From an uncultured bacterium (lineage in GTDB: Bacteria > Verrucomicrobiota > Verrucomicrobiia > Limisphaerales > UBA8199): a stretch of 64,000 nt of DNA. Under the pieces are notes generated by a model, which saw only the letters and a list, made by a program, of their open reading frames with translations, had not been told where the DNA came from and ran no database searches. A program made the position numbers and the translations under genes. The stretch spans positions 512,001 through 576,000 of the forward strand of contig CAVVMW010000001.1 in NCBI GenBank assembly GCA_963749495.1. The letters run 5' to 3'. Below, in pieces: positions 54,115-63,655 of this stretch (positions are counted from its first letter, which is position 1; every line of letters starts with the position of its first letter).

Positions 54115-55815
54115 ATGAACTCTCGAACAGGGCGGATAGCGGCGGTGCTCTTGGGAATGGGCCTTTGGAATGGAGGCGGCGCACCCTCGGGCAGCGGCGC
54201 CCAGGCCCCGGCAGAGGCCCCGCGCGCGCGCGAGTTGACCGTCGAGAAGCGTTACCTGAATTTGCCGGTGAAAAACGGCGCGCCCGGCCGCCACCTGAGC
54301 TTCCTGGCCGAAGGCCGCGCGGCGCGGGAGTTCGACATCGAACTGGCCGACGGCGCGCCGGACTGGTGGGCATTCATGGACCTGGGGCCGTTCAAGGGCC
54401 AACGCGCGGTCATCCGGGTGAGCAAGCTGCCGGAAGGCTCCTCCGCGCTGGAGGCCATCGAGCAGGCCGATGCGATCCGGGACGCCGCCAGTCTCTACCG
54501 GGAGCGGCTGCGCCCGCAATTCCACTTCTCGTCGCGCCGGGGCTGGAACAATGACCCGAACGGGCTGGTCTTCTACAAGGGCGAGTATCATTTGTTTTAC
54601 CAGCACAATCCCTACGGGTGGAGCTGGGGCAACATGCATTGGGGCCACGCGGTGAGCCCGGACCTGGTCCATTGGGCGGAGCTGCCCATCGCCCTCTACC
54701 CGGATGAACACGGCACGATGTTCTCGGGCTCGGCGGTGGTGGACTGGGAGAACAGCGCGGGCTTTCAGACGGGCGACGAAAAGGCCCTGGTCTGCATCTT
54801 CACGGCTGCCGGCCAGCCCTTTACGCAAGGGCTGGCCTTCAGCAACGACCGGGGACGGACCTGGACCAAGTACGGGAACAACCCCGTGCTGCCACACATC
54901 ATCGGCGCCAACCGCGACCCCAAAGTAATCTGGTGTGCGCCCGCCGGCAGATGGATCATGGCGCTGTTCCTGGACAAGGATACCTACGCCCTCTTCAGCT
55001 CGCCCGACCTCAAGCATTGGGAGCGGCTCAGCGATGTCCCATTCCCCGGCACTTCGGAATGCCCCGAGTTCTTCCAAATCCCCCTCGACGGCAGCCGCCA
55101 GAACACACGCTGGGTCTTCTACGGAGGCAACGGACGCTACATGCTCGGCGCCTTCGACGGCAAGGCCTTCACGCCGCAATCCGGGCCGCACGCGCTCAAC
55201 GCGGGCAACTGTTTCTATGCCTCGCAAACCTATACCGACATCCCGGCCTCCGACGGCCGCCGCATCCTCATCCCCTGGGGGCAGATCGCCCTGCCGGGCA
55301 TGCCCTTCAACCAGATGATGGGCCTGCCGGTAGTGTTGACCTTGCACACCACCGCGGAGGGCTTGCGGCTCTGGGCCAACCCCGTCAAAGAATTGGAGTC
55401 GCTGCGCGCCGAGCATCGTGCCTGGCCCTCGCAGCCGCTCAGGCCGGGCGCCAACCCGCTCGACGGTGTCAAGGCCCAGTTGGTGGAAATCCAGGCCGAG
55501 ATCGCCCCGGGCCAGGCCACCCAATGGGGCTTCAACCTGCACGGTGTGCCTTTGACTTATGATGTCCGCAAGGAAGAATTGGCCTGCCAGAACAAAACGG
55601 CGCGCCTGGCGCCCGTGGACGGGGCCGTCCGCCTCCACATCCTGGTGGACCGCGTAGCGATTGACATCTTTGGCAACGACGGGGCCCTCTACATGCCGAT
55701 GGGGGTCATCGTGCCGCAGGAGGATGATTCGCTCGAGTTGTTTGCGCGCGGCGGCGAGGCGAAGCTCCGTTCGCTCGAGGTGCATGCCCTGAAATCCGCG
55801 TGGCCGCGCACTTGA
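54115..55815 (+). CDS. GH32 beta-fructosidase/levanase
   Basis: WNNDPNG, WGHAVS.DL, FSGS, RDP, ECP motifs. Confidence 0.95.
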   Translation: MNSRTGRIAAVLLGMGLWNGGGAPSGSGAQAPAEAPRARELTVEKRYLNLPVKNGAPGRHLSFLAEGRAAREFDIELADGAPDWWAFMDLGPFKGQRAVIRVSKLPEGSSALEAIEQADAIRDAASLYRERLRPQFHFSSRRGWNNDPNGLVFYKGEYHLFYQHNPYGWSWGNMHWGHAVSPDLVHWAELPIALYPDEHGTMFSGSAVVDWENSAGFQTGDEKALVCIFTAAGQPFTQGLAFSNDRGRTWTKYGNNPVLPHIIGANRDPKVIWCAPAGRWIMALFLDKDTYALFSSPDLKHWERLSDVPFPGTSECPEFFQIPLDGSRQNTRWVFYGGNGRYMLGAFDGKAFTPQSGPHALNAGNCFYASQTYTDIPASDGRRILIPWGQIALPGMPFNQMMGLPVVLTLHTTAEGLRLWANPVKELESLRAEHRAWPSQPLRPGANPLDGVKAQLVEIQAEIAPGQATQWGFNLHGVPLTYDVRKEELACQNKTARLAPVDGAVRLHILVDRVAIDIFGNDGALYMPMGVIVPQEDDSLELFARGGEAKLRSLEVHALKSAWPRT

Positions 55816-55873
55816 GTCCGGGCGCCAGCAACACCTGCGCGGAGCCTGCGCGGAGGGCCTGGGAAAAGGAGAA

Positions 55874-55953
55874 CTTCGTCGCAACCTTTGTCGCAACCTT
55901 TGTCGCAACCTTTGTCGAAGAATGGCCGAACCGACAAAGGTTGCGACAAAGGC
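55874..55953. repeat. 12-mer tandem/inverted element
   Basis: CCTTTGTCGCAA units then inverted units. Confidence 0.85.
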
Positions 55954-56006
55954 GCGAAATGGTGAGGCGGGTCATGAGCGAGCCAGACCCAATTAATCGA
56001 CGATCC

Positions 56007-56067
56007 GGGGTCACATCTCAACATTTGACATTTGTCTGACAAATGTCAAATGTTGAGATGTGACCCC
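56007..56067. repeat. Perfect 61-bp palindrome (30-bp arms, 1-nt centre)
   Basis: GGGGTCACATCTCAACATTTGACATTTGTC-T-reverse complement. Confidence 0.95.
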
Positions 56068-56135
56068 TACCCCTAAATGTTGGGATCTGACCCCTCCGCG
56101 CCCGCTCGGCGCGCCTGGGCGCCAGGGGCGCCAGC

Positions 56136-56246
56136 GTAGCGCGGGTTTCCAAACCCGCAGGCCGTCCGCAAACCGGGGGCGCTCGACATGCCGACGCCCT
56201 GCCGATTGGAAATCGGCGATACAGCAGGTTTGGAAACCTGCGCTAC
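56136..56246. repeat. GTAG-footed REP element (GTAGCGCRGGTTTCCAAACC family)
   Basis: Inverted GTAG...CTAC ends with internal hairpins; partial copy near 54001. Confidence 0.8.
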
Positions 56247-56253
56247 AACTTTG

Positions 56254-56532
56254 TCAACGGCCCTCAGAGAGATCTGACCCCTCCGCGTCCGGCTCGCACG
56301 CCAGCTCGATGACATGGCCGCAGGGGCATTGGATGGTGATGCGCGTGACGCGGTCGCCGTCGCGTTCGAGCGTGAGCGTGGGTTCTGGGGCGGCGCAAGG
56401 CGAAGAGGACAGCGCCGCCAGGGGCCGGAACGGGGCGCCGCCCTGCGGTTGGGCGGCGGCTTTGCCGGCGTTTGCGCGGCCCGGCGGGCTGGCGCGCAGC
56501 GAGAGGCTCAGAGGCACAAAGCCGTGGTTCAT
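56254..56532 (-). CDS. Small hypothetical protein at the end of the mot operon
   Basis: ATGA overlap with motB stop; ITIQCPCG..IEL.C motif. Confidence 0.6.
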   Translation of the reverse strand: MNHGFVPLSLSLRASPPGRANAGKAAAQPQGGAPFRPLAALSSSPCAAPEPTLTLERDGDRVTRITIQCPCGHVIELACEPDAEGSDLSEGR

Positions 56533-57304
56533 GGAGAGGTGGAAGCGGTGCTGAGGGCGTTGGTTGCGCGCTCGCCAAGGGGCTCGCCCTCCTGGAACCT
56601 GAGCAAGACCGAGACGCGCCGGTTGACTTCGTTGGTGGGGGCTGTGTTCTCCATCGGATAGAGGTCGCCACGGCCGCAGACCTGATAGATCTGATTCGGG
56701 GCAACGCCGTGCTGGATGAGCTTGCGGCGGGCTGCGTTGGCTCGGTCGGCTGACAACTCCCAGGGTCCATAGTCTGCCCGGATGGCCGGCCGCTGGCCTC
56801 GGTGTGGCCGGACAATTGGAGTGTGAAATCGGGGTAGCGGCCCACCTCCCAGGCCAGCGTCGAAAAGACCCACGCGCCGTACGGGGTGAAGCTGGCGCTT
56901 TGCGGCTCGAAGATCGGCTTATGGGAGGAATCGAAGACATTGATGAGGAGGCCCTCGGAGGTGACCTGGTAGCGGACCGATTCCTGGCTCTGCGGGTCCT
57001 GCTGGAGGAGTTTGGCCAGGTCCTCGGTGAGGCGGCGCAGCAACTCCAGGTGAAGGGCCGTGGCCGAATCGTACCGCCCCTTGGCCTCCTTGAGCGCCTG
57101 CACGTCCTTTGCGGGGTTGGGGATAATGCCGACCGATTCCTTGCTGATCGAAGAGAACGGATTGCGGAAGGCCCGTTCGATGGCCTCTTTGATCTTGCTG
57201 TCCTGCGCGGTCAGCCAAAGGACCAGAAACAGGGCCATCATGGCGGTAACAAAGTCCGCGTAGGCCACTTTCCACGATCCGCCATGATGTTTATGACGAG
57301 ACAT
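56529..57304 (-). CDS. motB: Flagellar motor protein MotB (frameshift near 56790)
   Basis: GSWKVAYADFVTAMMALF; GHT, WELSADRANAAR, NRRV OmpA-like motifs. Confidence 0.9.
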
Positions 57305-57310
57305 TAGTTA

Positions 57311-57443
57311 AGTCCACAGTCCACAGTCCACAGTCCACAGTCCACAGTCCACAGTCCAGAGTCCACAGTCCACAGTCCACAGTCCACAGTCCACAGTCCA
57401 CAGTCCACAGTCCAGAGTCCACAGTCCAGAGTCCACAGTCCAC
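57311..57443. repeat. Heptamer array (AGTCCAS)19 filling the motA-motB gap
   Basis: 19 units, 3 AGTCCAG variants. Confidence 0.97.
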
Positions 57444-57448
57444 AGCGG

Positions 57449-58321
57449 TCACTTCTTGGCCAGGTGGGCATTGAGCGGTTTGAGCATGGCCTCCAGTTCT
57501 TCGGCCTTGGGGCGCAGTTCGTCGGCCAGGCTGCGCCGGGCAATCTCCACCGCCATTCCCGGGGCCATGCCGGAGGCGAAGCTCACCACCGCTGCCGAGA
57601 CGCACCGGAAATAGGCCAGGCGCTCCAGGACGTTGAATTCCATATTGACCGCCAGGGGGTCAGGAACCCGTAGCCCAGAAAGATGCCCAGGAAGGTCCCG
57701 ACCAGGGCGCCGGCCACTTTGACGCCGATTTGCTCGATGGGACCGGCGATGGAGGCCATGGTGATGACGATGCCGAGGACGGCGGCGACGATGCCAAACC
57801 CGGGCATCGCGTCGGCACAGCGGCTGAGCACGCCGATGGGGGCATGGGACTCCTCTTCCATGCGGTCGAGGTCTGTTTGGAGCAACTGGCGCAACTGGTC
57901 GGGCTTGACGCGCCCATCGATGACGGGCCGCAAGGCGCCGCAGAGGAACTCCAGGGCGGCGGCGTTCTGGAGGACGCTGGGGTAGCGCTGGAAGATGGCG
58001 CTGGCAGCGGGGCTGGTCAGATGCTTCTTCAAGCGCGATGAGGCCATTGCGGCGGCCGAGCAGGAACAACTCGTAAAGCATCTTGAAGAGGTCCTCGTAA
58101 GAGGCGCGCCGGTAGGGCGGGCCCTTGAGCACGCTGAAGGTCTGCGAGATCAGGCCAACGAGGACCTTTCTCGGGGCCATGATGATCGTGGCGCCCAGGG
58201 CCGCGCCGCCGATGATCAGCAGCTCGTTGGCGTGCATCAAGGTCGTCATGCGGCCGCCGCCCCAGATGAATCCGCCGGCGACCGACACGATGACAATCAG
58301 GGCGCCGAAAAAGACAATCAT
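57449..58321 (-). CDS. motA: Flagellar motor protein MotA (two frameshifts, near 58025 and 57660)
   Basis: ELLIIGGAA, RRNGLIALE, PGFGIVAAVLG, GALVGTFLG, AVE.ARR. Confidence 0.9.
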   Translation of the reverse strand: MIVFFGALIVIVSVAGGFIWGGGRMTTLMHANELLIIGGAALGATIIMAPRKVLVGLISQTFSVLKGPPYRRASYEDLFKMLYELFLLGRRNGLIALEEASDQPRCQRHLPALPQRPPERRRPGVPLRRLAARHRWARQARPVAPVAPNRPRPHGRGVPCPHRRAQPLCRRDARVWHRRRRPRHRHHHGLHRRSHRANRRQSGRRPGRDLPGHLSGLRVPDPLAVNMEFNVLERLAYFRCVSAAVVSFASGMAPGMAVEIARRSLADELRPKAEELEAMLKPLNAHLAKK

Positions 58322-59163
58322 GGCTGCGCCTCGACGTGGCTGCTCAAGGCCCGGGCCTCCTGCCGTTCGATGAAGGAGCGAATGGCCAGGATGGCCTGGG
58401 AGTGGATTTGCGAGATGCGGGATTCGGTTAGCCCGAAGGCCTCGGCGATCTCCCGCAGGCGCAGGTCTTCGAAATAGTAAAGGGCCAGCACCTTCTGCTG
58501 GATGGCCGGCAGTTGGCGGATGCGTCGGGCGATGAGTTCCTTGAGTTCGGCGCGGACAGCGTTTTCGCAAGGGTTCTCCTGCGCCTCGTCGGCGATGCTG
58601 TCATGGGGCATGGCGCCGTCTTGCCCGCCATGGTGGGTGACGGCGTCCAGGCAAACGAAGGCGACGGGGCGGACCTCCTCCAGCCAGCAGTGGTAGGCCT
58701 CCAGCGAGAGGCCCAGGCCCTTGGCCATTTCCGGGTCGGTGGGCGGCCGGCCCAGGCGCTGTTCCAGGTCGGCCAGGGCATTCTGGATCTTCCGGGCCTT
58801 GTCGTGGACCAGGCGCGGCACCCAATCCATGCGGCGCAGCTCATCCAGGACCGCCCCGCGGATGCGGAACCGGGCGAAGGTCTCGAACGAAGCGCCGCCC
58901 CGCGGGCTGAAAGCGCGAATGGACTGGAGCAACCCCACCAGCCCGGCGCTGTAGAGGTCCTCGGCGCTCACGTGCGCCGGCAGGGTCATCGCCAGCCGTC
59001 CCACCACCGTGCGCACCAGCGGCAGGTATCGCTCGACCAGGGCATTCTCCAGGCCCGCATCGCCGTGCGTGCGGTGATAGCGTTGCCACAATTCCTGCGG
59101 CGCCGGGCGAGGAACCTCCTCGGCCGGTGCTACAGCCGTCTCCACGGAAGCGTCAGCGATCAT
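58318..59163 (-). CDS. fliA: Flagellar sigma factor FliA/WhiG (sigma28)
   Basis: DLYSAGLVGL, RIRGAVLDELR..DWVPR, LREIAE..GLTESRISQIH. Confidence 0.93.
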   Translation of the reverse strand: MIADASVETAVAPAEEVPRPAPQELWQRYHRTHGDAGLENALVERYLPLVRTVVGRLAMTLPAHVSAEDLYSAGLVGLLQSIRAFSPRGGASFETFARFRIRGAVLDELRRMDWVPRLVHDKARKIQNALADLEQRLGRPPTDPEMAKGLGLSLEAYHCWLEEVRPVAFVCLDAVTHHGGQDGAMPHDSIADEAQENPCENAVRAELKELIARRIRQLPAIQQKVLALYYFEDLRLREIAEAFGLTESRISQIHSQAILAIRSFIERQEARALSSHVEAQP

Positions 59164-59408
59164 TTCTTGAATGGGGATGCGGACGATGTCTGCTGGCGGG
59201 CGGCCAACTCGGCGGCGCGGCGTTCCAGGAGCGAGGCCGCCAGCCCGCGCACCCATACGCGTGTCCACCAGCGCATCAGCAGCCCTAAACCGGCTGCCGC
59301 CGCGCAGGCGCGCCAGAGCATCGCCGGCCATTCGCACCGCCCCATGTACCCCAGCGCCAGACCGAGACAGAAACCAATAATCGCCCCGCAGAGCATCAAC
59401 GTTTTCAT
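59160..59408 (-). CDS. Small two-TM membrane protein upstream of fliA
   Basis: Two hydrophobic helices; ATGA overlap with fliA start. Confidence 0.65.
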   Translation of the reverse strand: MKTLMLCGAIIGFCLGLALGYMGRCEWPAMLWRACAAAAGLGLLMRWWTRVWVRGLAASLLERRAAELAARQQTSSASPFKK

Positions 59409-59435
59409 TCCACCGGCCGTTCGTCAGAGATTCTC

Positions 59436-59452
59436 AGCAAGGCACTTGCCAA
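59436..59452 (-). promoter_or_regulatory. Sigma54 (-24/-12) promoter for orf-fliA-motA-motB
   Basis: TTGGCAAGTGCCTTGCT on the minus strand: GG-N10-GC. Confidence 0.7.
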
Positions 59453-59479
59453 GCGCCTGGGTTTTGGCAAAGACCCGGT

Positions 59480-61303
59480 TTATTGGCCAACCAGCAACTC
59501 GGGGGTCGCCAGGACCAGGTCTCCCGGAACATTTTGCCCACCCGCCAGAAGGCGCACCGTGAATTTTGTGCCGAGTATGAAGTTCCATAGTTTTCCCGTT
59601 CGTTTCTCCTCGTCCAGGTGAGTGAAAATCAGGCCGGCGATGGGCCAGGCCTCGAAGACGCGGGCTTGGGCCAGGAGCACGGGCAAGTCGTAAGCCGCGT
59701 TGAGCACCAAGTGGACCTGCGCCCCGGCCAAGCCCACCAATTGCGCCTGCAACTGCTCCAGCGCAGTGCTATCCTGAGGATTGACCCCCGGCAGATCGAT
59801 GAAGGCATCGTCGCAGCCCTCCAGGCCGGCGTCGCCGCTCCATTCGCGCTCGACCCGCGCACCCAGGATTTCGGCGTAGAAATCCAGCAGGCCGGGGAAA
59901 TTGGCGGCACGGCTGTCCAGCCGCCAGACCTTGGCGGTGCGCGCCCCGCCCAGGACGCATTGGGCCAGCCACTTGCAGAGCACGGTGGTCTTGCCCGAAC
60001 CGGGCGGGCCGATGAAGGCCCGGATGGCAGGCGGACCCTTGGGGAGCGCGGGCGGCGGAGTCCAAAAACTGGACAGTGCCGCTCGAGTCAGGGCGAGTTC
60101 CTCCGCAAAGGCGGCGGGTGGCGCCTCCCCGTGCCTGGATCGGGCCCGTTGCAGGACCTTCTCCACCAACAACGGCTGCAAGCCCATCTGGTGCAGCACC
60201 CTGCCGCTGGCCCAGCGGCCACCCAGCCCCGCCGGGCTGTTATCTAGAGCCTGTCCCAAAAACCCCCCGAGTGGGGGACCTTTGTCGCAGCCTTTGTCGA
60301 AACCTTTGCCCTCTGAGTGCTGTGAGATCTGGTGGAAGGGCCCGCAGGGACCTTTGTCGCAGCCTTTGTCGAAACCTTTGCCGGAGCGGCCATTTTTCGG
60401 CAAAGGTGCCGACAAAGGCAGCGACAAAGGTCTGGAATCAGAGCTCTTGGGACAAGCTCTATCTACATCCAACGACACTTGGGGGCTGACGGTGCGGATT
60501 GGCACGGTCTCCGGCACTGGTTTCACGGCGGGGGCAACGCGCACCTTTCCGGTCTTCGACCGCGTGCGGCGGTTGCTCCCTGCCAAATGCGTGGTCCGGC
60601 TCGGAGAACTTCCCTTTCGCGCCGAACGCGCGGTTGAGGCCCTCTTGGCTGGGCGCTGGACAGGGTCGGTTGTGCCGCGGCTTTCGCTGAAGCGGCGGGC
60701 AGCCCGCAAGGTTTTGGACTGCGGCAGTCCTCTGCCGCTTTTTGGATCCTGGGGACGCGAAAGCGGCAGAGGACTGCCGCAGTCCAAAACGCTTCGCGCC
60801 GGGGGACGCTCGTCGGGTCCATGGCCCCCATCCACGATGTCAACATCGTCGAGGCTCTCTCCGTCGGCACGGGCGCATCCCGACACCGCCGCCGGAGCGC
60901 GCCCGTCCCCGGGCGCAGCAGCGACCGAGAGGGAAGGCGCGCCGGGGTGTTTGACCGCTGCCCTGGCTCCGGACATCGCTGCGCCCGAGGACGGGCGCAC
61001 TCCGGTCCGGCCCGCGGCGGTGTGCGCAGTGTCAGGATGCGCCCCGTCGGCGCCGGCCTGGTCGCACGGGCGGGGCGGCGCCTCGTCGGTCGGCGCTTCG
61101 CGGCGAGGTGCGGAAGAGGGCGTGCCAGGTCTCTGCTCAGCCAGAGCGGCGCGAACCTCGAACCGGGGTTTGCTCCAGAGCCGGCCCAGGCCGCGCGCGG
61201 GAATCTTCTGGACGCTCAGCACGACACCCTGCGGGCCCAGGCGGGAGCGGACCTGGCCGAGGGCATCGGCGGCATCACGGGCAATGAATCGCACGACGTT
61301 CAT
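59480..61303 (-). CDS. flhF: FlhF SRP-family GTPase with a repeat-inflated linker
   Basis: F.A.DA.DAL..VR..LG N-terminus; GPPGSGKTT, IDLPG, THLDE, GQNVP.DL; coupled to flhA. Confidence 0.82.
   Translation of the reverse strand: MNVVRFIARDAADALGQVRSRLGPQGVVLSVQKIPARGLGRLWSKPRFEVRAALAEQRPGTPSSAPRREAPTDEAPPRPCDQAGADGAHPDTAHTAAGRTGVRPSSGAAMSGARAAVKHPGAPSLSVAAAPGDGRAPAAVSGCARADGESLDDVDIVDGGHGPDERPPARSVLDCGSPLPLSRPQDPKSGRGLPQSKTLRAARRFSESRGTTDPVQRPAKRASTARSARKGSSPSRTTHLAGSNRRTRSKTGKVRVAPAVKPVPETVPIRTVSPQVSLDVDRACPKSSDSRPLSLPLSAPLPKNGRSGKGFDKGCDKGPCGPFHQISQHSEGKGFDKGCDKGPPLGGFLGQALDNSPAGLGGRWASGRVLHQMGLQPLLVEKVLQRARSRHGEAPPAAFAEELALTRAALSSFWTPPPALPKGPPAIRAFIGPPGSGKTTVLCKWLAQCVLGGARTAKVWRLDSRAANFPGLLDFYAEILGARVEREWSGDAGLEGCDDAFIDLPGVNPQDSTALEQLQAQLVGLAGAQVHLVLNAAYDLPVLLAQARVFEAWPIAGLIFTHLDEEKRTGKLWNFILGTKFTVRLLAGGQNVPGDLVLATPELLVGQ
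60245..60461. mobile_element. MITE-like element (TAGAGCYTGTCCCAA ends) with 12-mer repeats, inside flhF
   Basis: 15-bp TIR, 1 mismatch; internal CCTTTGTCG / GACAAAGG units. Confidence 0.7.
60871..61044. mobile_element. 174-bp MITE (GGGCGCATCCYGACACYGC ends) with an internal REP pair, inside flhF
   Basis: 19-bp TIR; 9-bp flanks CGTCGGC(A/G)C; internal 26-bp IR 60894-60919 / 60978-61003. Confidence 0.72.
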
Positions 61304-63414
61304 GCAACGGCCGGGATGGTGGCGGCATTCTGGATTTCAACCCGCGGCGGGACTTCAGAGTAGGAAATCACGGCCAACTCGCCGAAGGCTGACTCGAAGA
61401 AGCGGCGGAAACCGAGTCGAATCTGAGGGGAACAGAGCAGGACGGGCGGATGCCCTTGAGCGAGCATCTGCTGGATGAACTTGCCGAGCGTGTCGGTGAT
61501 GTGCCGGGCCAGACTGGGTTCGAGCACCAGCGACAACTCTGTGGGGGACTGCCGAACGCCCTGGGCGAGGGTCTGTTCGAGGCGGGGGTCGAGCGTAATG
61601 GCGCGGAGCGCTCCGTTTTGCGCCTGGAATGGCCGTGTAATCTGCAGACCCAGGGCGCGCCGGGCGCATTCGGAGAGTTCATCTGGGTTCTTGGACTGGG
61701 CGGCATAGTCGCTGACCTTTTCGAGGATGCCGGGCAGGTTGCGGATCGAGATGCCCTCGGCCAGCAGGTTCTGGAGGATGCGCTGGATCTGGCCGACGGT
61801 GAGTTGGGCGGGGACCAACTCGTTGACGAGCGTGGGGTGGGTCTGCTTGAGATTGTCCAGGAGGCTCTGCACGTCCTGGCGGCTGAGGATCTCGTGGCCG
61901 CGGCGCCGGATCGTCTCGCTCAGGTGCGTTACCAGGACCGATGGGGCGTCCACCACCGTATAGCCGCTGACCTCGGCGGCCTTGCGCTCGGGGTCGGCTA
62001 TCCAGGTGGCCGGCAATTGGAAGACCGGCTCGACGGTGGGCACGCCCTTGAGCACGGTCTTGCTCTTGGCGGCATTCATGGCCAGCCACAAGCCCGGTCT
62101 GAGCTCGCCCTGGCCGACCGGGTTGCCTTTGAGCAGGAAGCGGTAGGCATTGGGGCCAAGCTGCAGGTTGTCCCTCAACCGGATCGGCGGGATGATGACG
62201 CCCATCTCCTGGGCGAAGGTGCGGCGGACACTGGTGATGCGCTCGAGCAGGTCGCCGCCGCGCCGTTTGTCGGCCAGGGCCACCAACCCATAGCCCAGCT
62301 CGACCTGGAGCGCATCCAGGTGCAGCAGATCGACGAGCTTGTCGGCGGGCTTGGCCTGGCCCGGGCCTGCAGCGGCCGCCCGCCCGGCGCCCTTGGCCTC
62401 GGCCCCATGGCCCACGCCGGGCTCGACCTCCAGCGCGCTCGGCTCCAGCGGGCCGTGCCGGTGCAGCGAGTAGGCCAATAGCCCCGTAATCCCCGTCAGC
62501 GTCAGAAACGGCAGCATCGGCAGACCCGGCACCACCGCAAACACCCCCATCATCGCCGCCAGCACCGTCATCGCTCGAGGATAGACCAGCAGTTGCTTGG
62601 TCAATTCCTGCCCCAGGTCGTTCTTGGACGCCGCCCGCGTCACCAGGATGCCCGCGGCCGTCGAGGTGATCAGGGCCGGGATTTGAGAGACCAGGCCGTC
62701 CCCGATCGAGAGTATCGTGAACCGCTGCAGGGCTTCGCTCATCGTCATGCCCTTTTGGGCGATGCCGATGGCAAACCCGCCAATGATGTTGATCAGGGTG
62801 ATGAGGATGGCGGCGACCGCGTCGCCGCGCACGAACTTGCTGGCGCCGTCCATCGCCCCGTAGAAATCGGCCTCCGCTTCGACCATCCGGCGGCGCGAGC
62901 GCGCCTCCGCCTCGTTGATCATGCCGGCGTTGAACTCCGCATCGATGGCCATCTGCTTGCCCGGCATCGCATCCAGCGTGAACCGGGCGGCCACCTCGGC
63001 GATGCGCCCCGCGCCCTTGGTGATGACGATGAAGTTGATCAAGACCAGGATGAGGAACACGACCAGGCCGACCACGTAATTGCCGCGAACCACGAAATTG
63101 CCGAAGGCCTCGATGATATGGCCGGCGTAGCCGTCCAGGAGGATGAGCCGGGTCGAGGAGACATTGAGCGAGAGCCGGAACAGGGTCAGGAACAGGAGCA
63201 GCGTGGGAAAACCGCTGAAGTCCGAAGGCTGCTTCACGTAGAGGATGACCAGCAGGGTCAGCAGCGACACGGCGATGCTCGTGGCCAGGAGGCTGTCCAG
63301 CAACGCCGGTGGAATCGGCAGGATCAGCAGCAGGACAGTGCCGAAGAGCGCGGCGATGAGCCACAGATCGCCGTGCCGCAGCAGCAACCGCAGATTCTGG
63401 CTGAGCTTGGCCAT
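61300..63414 (-). CDS. flhA: Flagellar export gate protein FlhA
   Basis: FPTLLL..TLFRL.LNV.STR.IL, ARFTLDAMPGKQMAIDA, DFYGAMDGASKFVRGDA, GDGLVSQIPAL. Confidence 0.97.
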   Translation of the reverse strand: MAKLSQNLRLLLRHGDLWLIAALFGTVLLLILPIPPALLDSLLATSIAVSLLTLLVILYVKQPSDFSGFPTLLLFLTLFRLSLNVSSTRLILLDGYAGHIIEAFGNFVVRGNYVVGLVVFLILVLINFIVITKGAGRIAEVAARFTLDAMPGKQMAIDAEFNAGMINEAEARSRRRMVEAEADFYGAMDGASKFVRGDAVAAILITLINIIGGFAIGIAQKGMTMSEALQRFTILSIGDGLVSQIPALITSTAAGILVTRAASKNDLGQELTKQLLVYPRAMTVLAAMMGVFAVVPGLPMLPFLTLTGITGLLAYSLHRHGPLEPSALEVEPGVGHGAEAKGAGRAAAAGPGQAKPADKLVDLLHLDALQVELGYGLVALADKRRGGDLLERITSVRRTFAQEMGVIIPPIRLRDNLQLGPNAYRFLLKGNPVGQGELRPGLWLAMNAAKSKTVLKGVPTVEPVFQLPATWIADPERKAAEVSGYTVVDAPSVLVTHLSETIRRRGHEILSRQDVQSLLDNLKQTHPTLVNELVPAQLTVGQIQRILQNLLAEGISIRNLPGILEKVSDYAAQSKNPDELSECARRALGLQITRPFQAQNGALRAITLDPRLEQTLAQGVRQSPTELSLVLEPSLARHITDTLGKFIQQMLAQGHPPVLLCSPQIRLGFRRFFESAFGELAVISYSEVPPRVEIQNAATIPAVA

Positions 63415-63472
63415 GTCGTTGCGTCGAGAACCGCCCGGAACCGTTCGAGCGTCAGAACTTCACCCCGCGTGG

Positions 63473-63488
63473 AGCAAAAAAAGGGCCA
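63473..63488 (-). promoter_or_regulatory. Sigma54 (-24/-12) promoter upstream of flhA
   Basis: TGGCCCTTTTTTTGCT on the minus strand: GG-N10-GC. Confidence 0.6.
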
Positions 63489-63655
63489 TCCTCCTGGGGG
63501 CCAGGCCCAAGGGACGAAAGTGACACAAGGGACGAAAGGGACGCCACATTTCGAGCGGCGAGCGGCTGAGGCCCATTCCCTCGACCCTCGAAGCGGAAGA
63601 TTCGGCCAAACCGGGGCGGAAATATATTCCGCTGCCCAGCAACCCCAATTCCAGG

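Noticed and set aside
57311..57443. Tandem arrays or REP doublets as a CRISPR array
   Set aside because: No repeat/unique-spacer alternation of CRISPR dimensions and no cas genes.
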